A stretch of DNA of 20,791 nucleotides from a virus. Lineage: Duplodnaviria; Heunggongvirae; Uroviricota; Caudoviricetes. Under the pieces are notes generated by a model. It did no database searches and was not told the DNA's origin. It saw only the letters and a program-made list of their open reading frames with translations. Both the position numbers and the translations under genes were made by a program. Shown here in pieces: positions 7,515 through 14,652 of this stretch. Position 1 is the stretch's first letter. Every line of letters begins with the position of its first letter. The DNA is taken from IMG/VR virus record IMGVR_UViG_2563366825_000026, positions 1 through 20,791 of that record. One strand, written 5' to 3'.

Positions 7515-8330
7515 TCAATGAACGGTATCGAGCAGCTTTAACAGCTCAGGGAATCGGGATTCGAAGAAATGCGGCTGCGTCTCGCGCGGATTTGCAGGAC
7601 TGGTGATGTTCTTGCCGAACATGCAGCCTTTCGCTGTCAGCGACCAGAATTTTTTGATGTTGTTAATCGCGGTACGGCTGTATCGTTCGCGTTGTTCAAC
7701 GATCCCCAGCTTCGCCATCTGGTGATATGCCTGATTAGCCGTCAGGCGGATACCATACTGCTTCAGCAGTGCACTCAGCGACAGCGTAGGGCGGCTTGAA
7801 CCATCTGGCGCATCAGCAGGTGCATCAATGGCATAGATCGGCATAAGTTCAGGAAGACCAGCTACCTTTGATAATTTCTGGTATGCACCAAGTTTCGAGG
7901 AGTTTGACAGATTTAGAGTCTTTGCTGCTGATTCAAGCAGAATGACCCCGGATTTAATTTTGTCGGATGTGGTTTCTTCTGGTGATGAATTATGAAGCGC
8001 ATCAAAAGTACGTATCACTTTTAAGCTGAATGCCGGGCTGATCCACATTGCATATGCATAGACCAGCTCTTTACAGACATACGTCCCACCATTGCGCCCC
8101 TGAATGGTGATGACAGGAATACTACGGGAATCTCCCGTAGTTTCTTCTTCCAATAATTCCACAAGAGCCTTCGTTTCAGGACGACGCATAAACTCGTGAA
8201 CTTCCAGCGAACGGGAGGAGCGATTCTCACCAGCGGCAAGAAGAGCAGCTTTCTGAAGGTCGTTAAGACAGTAGTTAGATTCGAAGTACTGGCGCACAGA
8301 AACGCCATCAATTACAAGCAACTGATTCAT
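7515..8330 (-). CDS. KilA-N domain protein (antirepressor / Roi-like or BstA-like)
   Basis: ATG at 8330 with GGAGA 6 nt upstream. The N-terminal block VCKELVYAYAMWISPAFSLKVIRTFD is KilA-N/APSES-like; the C-terminal half is unassigned. It is the only gene in this operon with a long (about 150 bp) upstream intergenic region. Confidence 0.7.
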   Translation of the reverse strand: MNQLLVIDGVSVRQYFESNYCLNDLQKAALLAAGENRSSRSLEVHEFMRRPETKALVELLEEETTGDSRSIPVITIQGRNGGTYVCKELVYAYAMWISPAFSLKVIRTFDALHNSSPEETTSDKIKSGVILLESAAKTLNLSNSSKLGAYQKLSKVAGLPELMPIYAIDAPADAPDGSSRPTLSLSALLKQYGIRLTANQAYHQMAKLGIVEQRERYSRTAINNIKKFWSLTAKGCMFGKNITSPANPRETQPHFFESRFPELLKLLDTVH

Positions 8331-8393
8331 TGGTTTCTCCACAAATTTTTATCCACGAGCGGGACTGCACTCCCTTTTCGTTGATGCAGGATG

Positions 8394-8445
8394 AACTTAC
8401 TGCGATTTTTAATAGTTATCAAGGATACACTGTTCATAAATACAG
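8394..8445 (-). promoter_or_regulatory. promoter of the KilA-N gene with a LexA (SOS) box
   Basis: CTGT-N8-ACAG at 8430-8445 (cACTGTtcataaatACAGta), a near-consensus LexA box with AT-rich spacer. On the minus strand, candidate sigma70 elements are TTGATA (8422-8417) - 17 nt - TAAGTT (8399-8394), or alternatively TGAACA inside the box - 16 nt - TATTAA (8414-8409). Confidence 0.55.
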
Positions 8446-8492
8446 TATCTTTAACGAGGTAATACCCAAATTTAGGGTGTTGCTCAATTCCG

Positions 8493-8888
8493 TTACCGAG
8501 TTGCTAATTTGCAACTCGCTTTTTCGTACTTACTGATAGTGATCTCGACCTTCCCTTCCGGGATAACCGGTCCCCACTCCACCAGCATTCTTTTCACCTG
8601 GCTGTCGTCTTCCCACACACCCGCGTGGGTCAGGGCGTCAAACAGCGCCTTGTTATAGTTGTCCAGATCGCGGATCCGGTTATCCGGAGGAAACAACACG
8701 ATCTCCACTGAAGCAGGTGCCGACGTTGGTTTCGGCAGACGACGTAACTGCTCAACTATTGCTGCACACGCCGCGCTCTGGAATTTTCGCCCCGCCGCGC
8801 TTATCAGGCTCTTACCAGCAAACGCCCCTTTATTGGGGTGTCGCCAGTACGTGTTCACGCTGGGCGGAAAAGGCAGTATTAGCTTCAT
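8493..8888 (-). CDS. rusA: Holliday junction resolvase RusA (crossover junction endodeoxyribonuclease)
   Basis: 131 aa; LPFPPSVNTYWRH...DLDNYNKALFDALTHAGVWEDDSQV matches RusA family motifs as remembered from E. coli RusA (catalytic DLDN region). Start overlaps the upstream gene's stop (ATGA). Confidence 0.85.
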   Translation of the reverse strand: MKLILPFPPSVNTYWRHPNKGAFAGKSLISAAGRKFQSAACAAIVEQLRRLPKPTSAPASVEIVLFPPDNRIRDLDNYNKALFDALTHAGVWEDDSQVKRMLVEWGPVIPEGKVEITISKYEKASCKLATR

Positions 8889-9211
8889 ACTTTCAGGCCC
8901 CTCTCATGTAACCAGTGGGCTGCACGCAGCCTGGCGTTTGCCTCACCGGCAAGCAGGGCGCGGATAATCCCGACCGCCTCGCTGTCGTCGTCCTTCACCG
9001 CGGTATGAAGAGTGATACCCCGGGCCACGCCACGCTTTATCGTGATGACACCTTTTTTCTCCAGTGCGCGAAGATGCTCCACCGCTGCATTCACCGAACG
9101 GTATCCCAGCATGGTTGCCACCTCCTGATTGGTTGGCGGGAAGCCACGTTCTTTCTGATAAGAAATCAGCATATCCAGCACCTGCTGCTGGCATTGAGTT
9201 AATGTCGTCAT
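8885..9211 (-). CDS. LexA-like winged-helix DNA-binding protein (LexA N-terminal domain only, no S24 peptidase domain)
   Basis: 108 aa; LTQCQQQVLDMLISYQKERGFPPTNQEVATMLGYRSVNAAVEHLRALEKKGVI resembles the N-terminal domain of LexA (LTARQQEVFDLI...[34 protein letters not shown]). Translationally coupled to the genes on both sides. Confidence 0.7.
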   Translation of the reverse strand: MTTLTQCQQQVLDMLISYQKERGFPPTNQEVATMLGYRSVNAAVEHLRALEKKGVITIKRGVARGITLHTAVKDDDSEAVGIIRALLAGEANARLRAAHWLHERGLKV

Positions 9212-9861
9212 GCCGCCATCTCCCTGACCAGTTTTTCCGCCTGCTGGCGAACCTGCGCCAGAAATGCCTCACCACATGCCTCAAGTTCATCGCGCCCGAT
9301 GTAGCTGATTGCCGCTCCCTTCCAGGTCTTGTCGAAAACAGCAATAGCACCAGCGAAGAAAGCACCTGTTGGCACCTGCTTTTCGTCTTTCGGGATAAAC
9401 CAGGCTGGCAGTTCAAAACCAATACGCCCGCGAATAAAAGCAATATGATCTGCATCTTCCGGCCACCACACTTCGCTGGTGGCCGCTTTGATCAGGAAAA
9501 CATAGCGCCCGCCTTTATCACGCATGGCACTGGCATGCTTCATGATGTAACGCATGCCGGTGATGTATTGTCCCTCATGCTGACTGGCGCGGCTGTACGG
9601 GGGATTACCAAAGGCAGCACCTTTAAGCTCCGCAAGACGTTCTGACCAGTCATGTGCCAGCGCGTTGTCTTCCGCCGTGTAATACGCGGCACATTTGGCG
9701 TTATCACCGTCAGTAAACAGATCCAGAACAAACGGGCCAAACAGGGTGTTAATTCCCCAGAAAATGTTGTCCGGCGTGCGCCACTGATCGCCCACTTCCT
9801 TCAGTTCATGGGCTGGTTTGTTCCGTAGTTCCACCAGCGCCTGGCAATATTTATTACTCAT
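9208..9861 (-). CDS. phage DNA N6-adenine methyltransferase (Dam-like)
   Basis: ATG at 9861 overlaps the upstream stop (TAATG). FGNPPYS is an NPPY catalytic motif of N6-adenine methyltransferases. Position in the nin region is typical; corresponds to yfdM of CPS-53 by synteny. Confidence 0.8.
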   Translation of the reverse strand: MSNKYCQALVELRNKPAHELKEVGDQWRTPDNIFWGINTLFGPFVLDLFTDGDNAKCAAYYTAEDNALAHDWSERLAELKGAAFGNPPYSRASQHEGQYITGMRYIMKHASAMRDKGGRYVFLIKAATSEVWWPEDADHIAFIRGRIGFELPAWFIPKDEKQVPTGAFFAGAIAVFDKTWKGAAISYIGRDELEACGEAFLAQVRQQAEKLVREMAA

Positions 9862-10355
9862 TAAGCCCCCACGTAATTCCCTGACAGATACCACTCATCA
9901 CCCGCTACAGCGCGCTTTCTGCTTTTCCGTAAGCACCGCTCACGACGCGCCAGAAAATTGTTTCGTTCTGGCTGGGAGTGGCTTTCACGGAATGCCGCCA
10001 TCCACACGGTTGCAGCACGACGGTATAAGCCCCTGGACTCCAGTTCTTCCGCCTGGCGGGTCAGGCACAAAATCACCCGGGGATCGTTAGTGCCGACATA
10101 GAAATTGCGCACAGGTATGGTTTCAAGAACAGGTTGCAGTTTCTCCTCCTGCGATATCTCAGCCTGGTGTGGGAAATGTCTGCGTGTTTTCCCTTCACAA
10201 CAGTGAGCCACACGGCCACTCTGACGTAACTTGCTTGCTGACTGCAGAACGCACTGTCGTGAGTAACCAGCAAAAGCATCCGCAATGTCACCTGAAGTAC
10301 ACCCCGGATGGGCTTCAATGAATTTCTGTACATCGTTCATCAGACTCATGATCAC
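9861..10355 (-). CDS. hypothetical protein (164 aa), possible PerC-like regulator; yfdN-like by synteny and length
   Basis: Start overlaps the O-like stop (ATGA). Contains an HTH-like segment and an ELESRGLYRRAATVWMAAF block reminiscent of PerC-family proteins. Assignment from memory only. Confidence 0.5.
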   Translation of the reverse strand: MIMSLMNDVQKFIEAHPGCTSGDIADAFAGYSRQCVLQSASKLRQSGRVAHCCEGKTRRHFPHQAEISQEEKLQPVLETIPVRNFYVGTNDPRVILCLTRQAEELESRGLYRRAATVWMAAFRESHSQPERNNFLARRERCLRKSRKRAVAGDEWYLSGNYVGA

Positions 10356-11170
10356 CCCCTGAATCCTGTCGGGATCTGGCTGTAGTCCACGTTGTCGTAA
10401 CTGGCTTTGAAGTACGGGTCCTCGCGTCTGGCTGCAGATACCGCAGGAACTTCCCAGGATTCTTCGAAATGACGATCCGGACCAAAGAACGTGACAGCCT
10501 GTTTCACAAATTGTGTGCCGCTATTGCCCATCGCAGATACCCAGCCCGCGTAGCGTTTCACACCTTCCAGCATGGTTTCGGGGTTTACCCCCTCATTCAA
10601 ACGGGCTTTCCAGGCTTTGAAGGCTGCAGATTTTGAATTGCCACCAGCACGTTTGGGATAGGCCAGCCATGCCTGCTCAAACTCCGGAGAGTATTCCGGT
10701 CGGTTTGAACGAACTCGCACAGACTCATCAGCAGATGCACCAACAGCTATTGGTTCATTGACTGGTTCTTTGACTGGTTCAAAAGAGTGACTGGTTCTGG
10801 GTGAATCTCCTGCACTACCCCCTGGTGCAACTCCTGCACTACCTGGTGAATTTGCTGCACCAGATAGTGAATTATTTGCACTACCCCCTAGTGAATCTCC
10901 TGCACCATCAAGATGAAGGAGATAGATATTACTTGAGTTACCTTTTTCACCTTTCCGGGTGACTTTTTTTACCAGCCCGGACTCACAAAGGGCCGCAATA
11001 TGATTCATCACAGAACGTTTGCTAATCTCGCACTGGTCAGCAATATGCTGGTAGCTGGGCCAGCACTCACCCTGATCGCTGGCATTATCAGCCAGCTTAA
11101 TCAGAACCAGTTTTCGCAATGGATTTCCCACTCGAATTTTCATCGCTTTAACCATCAACTCCATACTCAT
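10352..11170 (-). CDS. replication initiator, lambda O-like (N-terminal HTH domain, low-complexity linker encoded by the iterons, C-terminal domain)
   Basis: 272 aa. N-terminal NPLRKLVLIKLADNASDQGECWPSYQHIADQCEISKRSVMNHIAALCESGLVKK is a replication-initiator-type HTH. The Gly/Ser/Ala-rich linker is encoded by tandem direct repeats, as with ori-lambda inside O. Corresponds to the defective yfdO of CPS-53 by synteny. Confidence 0.6.
   Translation of the reverse strand: MSMELMVKAMKIRVGNPLRKLVLIKLADNASDQGECWPSYQHIADQCEISKRSVMNHIAALCESGLVKKVTRKGEKGNSSNIYLLHLDGAGDSLGGSANNSLSGAANSPGSAGVAPGGSAGDSPRTSHSFEPVKEPVNEPIAVGASADESVRVRSNRPEYSPEFEQAWLAYPKRAGGNSKSAAFKAWKARLNEGVNPETMLEGVKRYAGWVSAMGNSGTQFVKQAVTFFGPDRHFEESWEVPAVSAARREDPYFKASYDNVDYSQIPTGFRG
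10755..10920. repeat. putative origin of replication: iteron-like direct repeats inside the O-like gene
   Basis: Three copies of TGACTGGTTC (10759-10768, 10771-10780, 10788-10797), then about five 21-25-bp repeats of the form GTGAA(T)-CTCCTGCAC(T/C)ACC between 10801 and 10915, next to an AT-richer stretch. Confidence 0.5.
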
Positions 11171-11391
11171 GCAGCACCTCCGAGATGCTTCATGTTTTTT
11201 CCGGAGCGAAAGGCTATAAGCGGCATACTGACGCGGTAATTACGGCCCAGCGGTTCACAAATCACCTTCTGACATTCACGGTCAACCAGGCTAACACGTA
11301 GAACATGCCCTGCAGGCGTGGTGTACCACTGACCCGGACGAGGACAACGGAAAGTATGATTGGTAAACCGTTTGAAAATATTCCGGATCAT
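11167..11391 (-). CDS. hypothetical protein (74 aa)
   Basis: ATG overlaps the Rha-protein stop (ATGA) and its stop overlaps the O-like start (ATGA), so it is translationally coupled on both sides. No family recognised. Confidence 0.4.
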   Translation of the reverse strand: MIRNIFKRFTNHTFRCPRPGQWYTTPAGHVLRVSLVDRECQKVICEPLGRNYRVSMPLIAFRSGKNMKHLGGAA

Positions 11392-12539
11392 TTGCGCCCC
11401 CTTACCTCTGAAGGGTTCAGCGACAAATTTATGAGACTGGCCAGTAGCGCCGCGTCGTTGATGCGGTCATACAGACTTACAGCCAGCGGGGATTCGGCTT
11501 TTGCCAACATGGGATAAAGCTGCTGCAGCCAGACCTGATGAATTGATGAAATGTAGGAATAGAGAACGCTGGCGTTATATGCAACGTCGCTCAGTACAGA
11601 GGGATTTGAAAGCTGTTTCTCCATCTGGTTAAAGGCATTGATGTATGCCTCTTTGAACCGGGCAGCACGTTTACCCGTGAAGCCCATGGCAAGAAACGCA
11701 AAACCGTCGCGGGTGATTTGGTAACAAGGGAGTTTGCGGCCTGATGCGTCGGTGTATTCACTTAACACAAAATTGTGTTCAGTAAATTCAGCGGAACATT
11801 CGAGGTTTCTAATTCTATCTAAAACCCGCTCATGCCGTTTAGTAAAGTAATTAGCTACTGCAAGAGATGTGGTGACAACGCGACCATTGATAATCGTGAT
11901 TTCAGGGTGAGATTGGGTTGGGAGAGTAGTCATGGTGACAGCCCCTATGTTGAATTCAATGAACTCACCACCAAGGCTTTCCACGACCATATAGGTGGTG
12001 AGACGTACAGGGGTGGAAATACCGGTCAACATAGAACCCGGCCCAACCGAAGTTGGCCCTGCACGCCCCACCATAATTTGGGCGTAACGATGCTCATGAC
12101 ACGAAAAAACCGCATGAGCGCGGTTGTGCTCTATATTGAATTTCGGGTTTCCACGCCCGGCACCCGCTTTATAAGGTGCCTGAACAGTGTAACGTCCCGG
12201 AATTGCAGAATCAATATGCTGGTGGTCCTTCACACTCAACAAAATCACGCCTGAATTTCCACAAAGGACTAAAGCACTCATGCGGGTAGTCTTTGCGAAG
12301 ATAGATAACGCGCTGTGTTTCTGGCTCCCAACGAATAACATGGACATAAAGCCCTCTTCCGTCACGAAACCAGCGGTTAAGTTCCTGCACAACTCGCCCC
12401 CCACAGTCAGGTAAAGTTCTCTGTGGTTACTTACAGCCAGGTGATTTGGTAATCTGCATTCATGCCGTAACAACAGGTGTTCAGCGACGCTGACCACCAG
12501 CTGTTGCGACAAACGGTTATTTGCCGTTAAACTATTCAT
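11388..12539 (-). CDS. Rha-domain phage regulatory protein with an N-terminal extension of about 200 aa of unknown function
   Basis: Residues from about 203 (MTTLPTQSHPEITIINGRVVTTSLAVANYFTKRHERVLDRIRNLECSAEF...DGFAFLAMGFTGKRAARFKEAYINAFNQME) match the Rha domain, which is usually N-terminal. An internal ATG at 11933 with an AGGGG SD could give a 181-aa Rha-only product. The 12539 ATG overlaps the upstream stop (ATGA), supporting the long form. Confidence 0.6.
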   Translation of the reverse strand: MNSLTANNRLSQQLVVSVAEHLLLRHECRLPNHLAVSNHRELYLTVGGELCRNLTAGFVTEEGFMSMLFVGSQKHSALSIFAKTTRMSALVLCGNSGVILLSVKDHQHIDSAIPGRYTVQAPYKAGAGRGNPKFNIEHNRAHAVFSCHEHRYAQIMVGRAGPTSVGPGSMLTGISTPVRLTTYMVVESLGGEFIEFNIGAVTMTTLPTQSHPEITIINGRVVTTSLAVANYFTKRHERVLDRIRNLECSAEFTEHNFVLSEYTDASGRKLPCYQITRDGFAFLAMGFTGKRAARFKEAYINAFNQMEKQLSNPSVLSDVAYNASVLYSYISSIHQVWLQQLYPMLAKAESPLAVSLYDRINDAALLASLINLSLNPSEVRGRK

Positions 12540-13105
12540 GCGTTAGTTTCTCCACAACCAGAAGCAATCGACGCCACGACGCCCGGAGCTGCACACTCGC
12601 GGGCGTTACTATTTTCTGGAGCGCAGAAGATTTTGTAGACCAGTGCTGCATGCTCCTGGAGCTTCGAAATTGAGAGGTACAGCTCGTCGTTAATTGCTGT
12701 CTTCTCATGCGGTTCCACTACACCGTCTTCGATTGCTGAACGAATCTGTCTGGAATAACTGCCGATCTGTTCAATGACTTCCAGCAGACGCTGGTTAATA
12801 TCGGCGTTGTCCACATCCTCGACGTCAGGAAGAGACACAAAGACGCCATTTGCAGACTGCGCCACAGCGTCAGCAATGAAGTGAGTTCCACCAGCACGTT
12901 GTAAAATCATTGCCCATCCCAGCGGGAAAATCTGATCGCCATCGGCACGAAGGCGATTGAATAAAGCGTTCTCTGTTACATCCAGCCACTCAGCAGCTTC
13001 AGCGTAACCCCCCGGCAACGCCGCGATAGTTTTTCTGACAGCTTTCACGTACCACTCAGGCTGTTTTTCTACTTTCCAGTGATGCTTACCCACGGTTAGC
13101 CTCAT
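12536..13105 (-). CDS. early regulatory protein at the cII position (possibly YdaT-family)
   Basis: 189 aa, immediately downstream of the cro-like gene; protein-like composition. YdaT-family assignment rests on synteny with YdaS-like Cro, not on recognised motifs. Confidence 0.45.
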   Translation of the reverse strand: MRLTVGKHHWKVEKQPEWYVKAVRKTIAALPGGYAEAAEWLDVTENALFNRLRADGDQIFPLGWAMILQRAGGTHFIADAVAQSANGVFVSLPDVEDVDNADINQRLLEVIEQIGSYSRQIRSAIEDGVVEPHEKTAINDELYLSISKLQEHAALVYKIFCAPENSNARECAAPGVVASIASGCGETNA

Positions 13106-13136
13106 CGTTCTGTGGTTAAAAATTGAAGGTGTTCTG

Positions 13137-13337
13137 TTAATCTTTCGGATAGATATCCGGTCTTAAGTCAGATTTCGTAATTGCACCTGACGTGCATTGC
13201 TCAAGTTTTTTAGCCAGCACAAAACTGGCTTTTTTATAACCATTGAAAACCAGCCGTAAGTAGCCTGGTGTTGAGCCAACTTTTCCGGCCAACTCGCCCT
13301 GCTGTTCTTTGGTTAAAGAGTCCCAATACGCTTTCAT
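13137..13337 (-). CDS. cro: Cro-like repressor (YdaS/Cro family HTH)
   Basis: ATG at 13337 with GGAGGT upstream; 66 aa. The GSTPGYLRLVFNGYKKASFVLAKKLEQCTSGAITKSDLRPDIY block resembles Cro/YdaS-type HTH proteins. Divergent from the cI-like repressor across an operator region. Confidence 0.7.
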   Translation of the reverse strand: MKAYWDSLTKEQQGELAGKVGSTPGYLRLVFNGYKKASFVLAKKLEQCTSGAITKSDLRPDIYPKD

Positions 13338-13427
13338 ACAATATGTACCTCCGATATACATATTACATGATTGAGATGAACCTTCAAGATACTTGTACCC
13401 TATCGGTACAAAGGTTTTAATTTCGTT
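13338..13427. promoter_or_regulatory. divergent PR/PRM-like promoter region with two 19-bp palindromic operators
   Basis: ATGTACCTCCGATATACAT (13343-13361) and TTGTACCCTATCGGTACAA (13393-13411), both with TGTAC-type half-sites. Minus-strand candidate PR: TTGAAG - 16 - TAATAT. The cI ATG lies 17 nt after the second operator, suggesting a very short or leaderless PRM transcript. Confidence 0.5.
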
Positions 13428-14102
13428 ATGAAAACAGTCCATGACATCCGGCGGTCTAACGCCAGAAAACTGAGAGATGGTGTTGGCGGGAATTCTTCCT
13501 TTGCCACCATGATTGATCGCGAGCCAACCCAGACCAGCAGGTTTATGGGAGATGGTGCTACTAAAAATATCGGTGACAGCATGGCACGGCACATCGAAAA
13601 ATGTTTCGACCTGCCTGTCGGATGGCTTGATCAAGAACACCAGACAACAAACATCACAAAAAAACCTGATGTTTCAATTACTAACAAACAAATAACGTTA
13701 GTCCCTGTCATATCATGGGTACAGGCCGGAGCATGGAAAGAAGTTGGCTATTCTGAGGTTGATTTGAGCACAGCAGAAACTTATCCCTGCCCTGTACCCT
13801 GTGGCGAAATGACTTATATCTTGCGGGTGATTGGTGATTCAATGATTGATGAGTACCGCCCGGGAGACATGATTTTTGTAGATCCTGAAGTCCCTGCCTG
13901 CCACGGTGACGACGTTATTGCATTGATGCACGATACAGGCGAAACCACCTTTAAGCGGTTGATAGAAGATGGAACACAGCGTTACCTCAAAGCATTAAAC
14001 CCAAACTGGCCTGAACCTTACATTAAGATCAACGGTAATTGCTCTATAATTGGCACAGTAATTTTCTCAGGAAAACCAAGAAGATACAAAATAAAGGCCT
14101 AA
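13428..14102 (+). CDS. cI: CI-like prophage repressor with N-terminal HTH and C-terminal LexA-like S24 peptidase (autocleavage) domain
   Basis: 224 aa. XRE-like HTH (SFATMIDREPTQTSRFMG) and C-terminal VIGDSMIDEY...TFKRL Ser/Lys dyad typical of LexA/cI-type self-cleaving repressors. Followed by a strong terminator. Confidence 0.85.
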   Translation: MKTVHDIRRSNARKLRDGVGGNSSFATMIDREPTQTSRFMGDGATKNIGDSMARHIEKCFDLPVGWLDQEHQTTNITKKPDVSITNKQITLVPVISWVQAGAWKEVGYSEVDLSTAETYPCPVPCGEMTYILRVIGDSMIDEYRPGDMIFVDPEVPACHGDDVIALMHDTGETTFKRLIEDGTQRYLKALNPNWPEPYIKINGNCSIIGTVIFSGKPRRYKIKA

Positions 14103-14113
14103 TCAATATTTAT

Positions 14114-14137
14114 AACCTGCTTCGGCAGGTTTTTTTA
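14114..14137 (+). terminator. intrinsic terminator after the repressor gene
   Basis: Stem AACCTGC (14114-14120), loop TTCG, stem GCAGGTT (14125-14131), then a T-run (14131-14137). Confidence 0.7.
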
Positions 14138-14140
14138 TAC

Positions 14141-14169
14141 TTGACAATGTACCCTTGAGATACATAATG
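14141..14169 (+). promoter_or_regulatory. PL-like early-left promoter with overlapping operator
   Basis: TTGACA (14141-14146) - 16 nt - CATAAT (14163-14168). The spacer carries ATGTACCCTTGAGATACAT (14147-14165), the same ATGTAC-N7-TACAT palindrome type as the operators next to cro. Confidence 0.6.
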
Positions 14170-14582
14170 TATCTAAAAGAAACATGTCACAGGCAAGATT
14201 AAACAAAATTTGGTTGTAACACGGCGTATGGCACATGCGTCGTTAGCGGTCTGGGGACGTTAAAGGGGACAATCCACTCCTTGCTCGGGCAAACAAACCA
14301 GGTAGCCGGAATGTGCAAGTCAATGAGGATGCTGATAAGACGCCTAACCAGCGTGGCGATTCGGTTTGACGCCTGGGAAGAGACCAGGACGCAACGATGA
14401 GAGCATTTATGGAGCCGCGACAAAGTGTGGTGCCGTAACTGGCTAAGTGCTCTCAGCGTTGTGGTGAATGCGCAGGCTGATGCGCGAAAGACATTGCAGC
14501 TATTGCGGAAAAGAGCTGTTCGGCGGGGCAATTAAACGCCCGTGAGAGTCTGAAATAACCGCAAGCCGGAGATCAGCACCGG

Positions 14583-14651
14583 TCACCACAACAGCCACTG
14601 CTTTGGCGGTACCAGTTTGTACACTTGCTTCCGGCTGGTACCGCTCTTTTT
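14583..14651 (+). ncRNA. candidate DicF-like small RNA 3' element / intrinsic terminator at the end of an ORF-free PL leader
   Basis: Perfect 10-bp stem GCGGTACCAG (14606-14615) / CTGGTACCGC (14635-14644), 19-nt loop, then TCTTTTT. The 5' arm with flank (GGTCAC...TTTGGCGGTACCAGTTTGTAC) resembles my memory of E. coli DicF (GGTGACGTTTGGCGGTATCAGTTTTAC). Identity unverified. Confidence 0.35.
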
Positions 14652-14652
14652 A

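Noticed and set aside
8498-8525. Hairpin GAGTTGC-taattt-GCAACTC plus T-run as a terminator
   Set aside because: It lies inside the 3' coding end of rusA and is plus-oriented, with no plus-strand gene upstream. Probably incidental or a minor antisense insulator.
8915-9740. Plus-strand and alternative minus-strand ORFs overlapping the Dam and LexA-like genes (8915..9202, 8943..9455, 9064..9645, 9540..9740)
   Set aside because: Overlap well-supported motif-bearing genes in other frames; Arg/Cys/Pro-rich low-complexity translations.
11934-12539. Tried to assign the N-terminal 200 aa of the Rha protein to the lambda-type Ser/Thr metallophosphatase family
   Set aside because: The metallophosphatase motifs (GDxHG, GDxxDRG, GNHE, GHTH) are not present in the right order; only vague His-rich strings. 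Left as an unknown domain.
14199-14531. Minus-strand 110-aa ORF in the PL leader
   Set aside because: Reads against PL transcription, has Arg/Ser/Leu-rich low-complexity composition and no SD; most likely spurious. The region is better explained as a noncoding leader.
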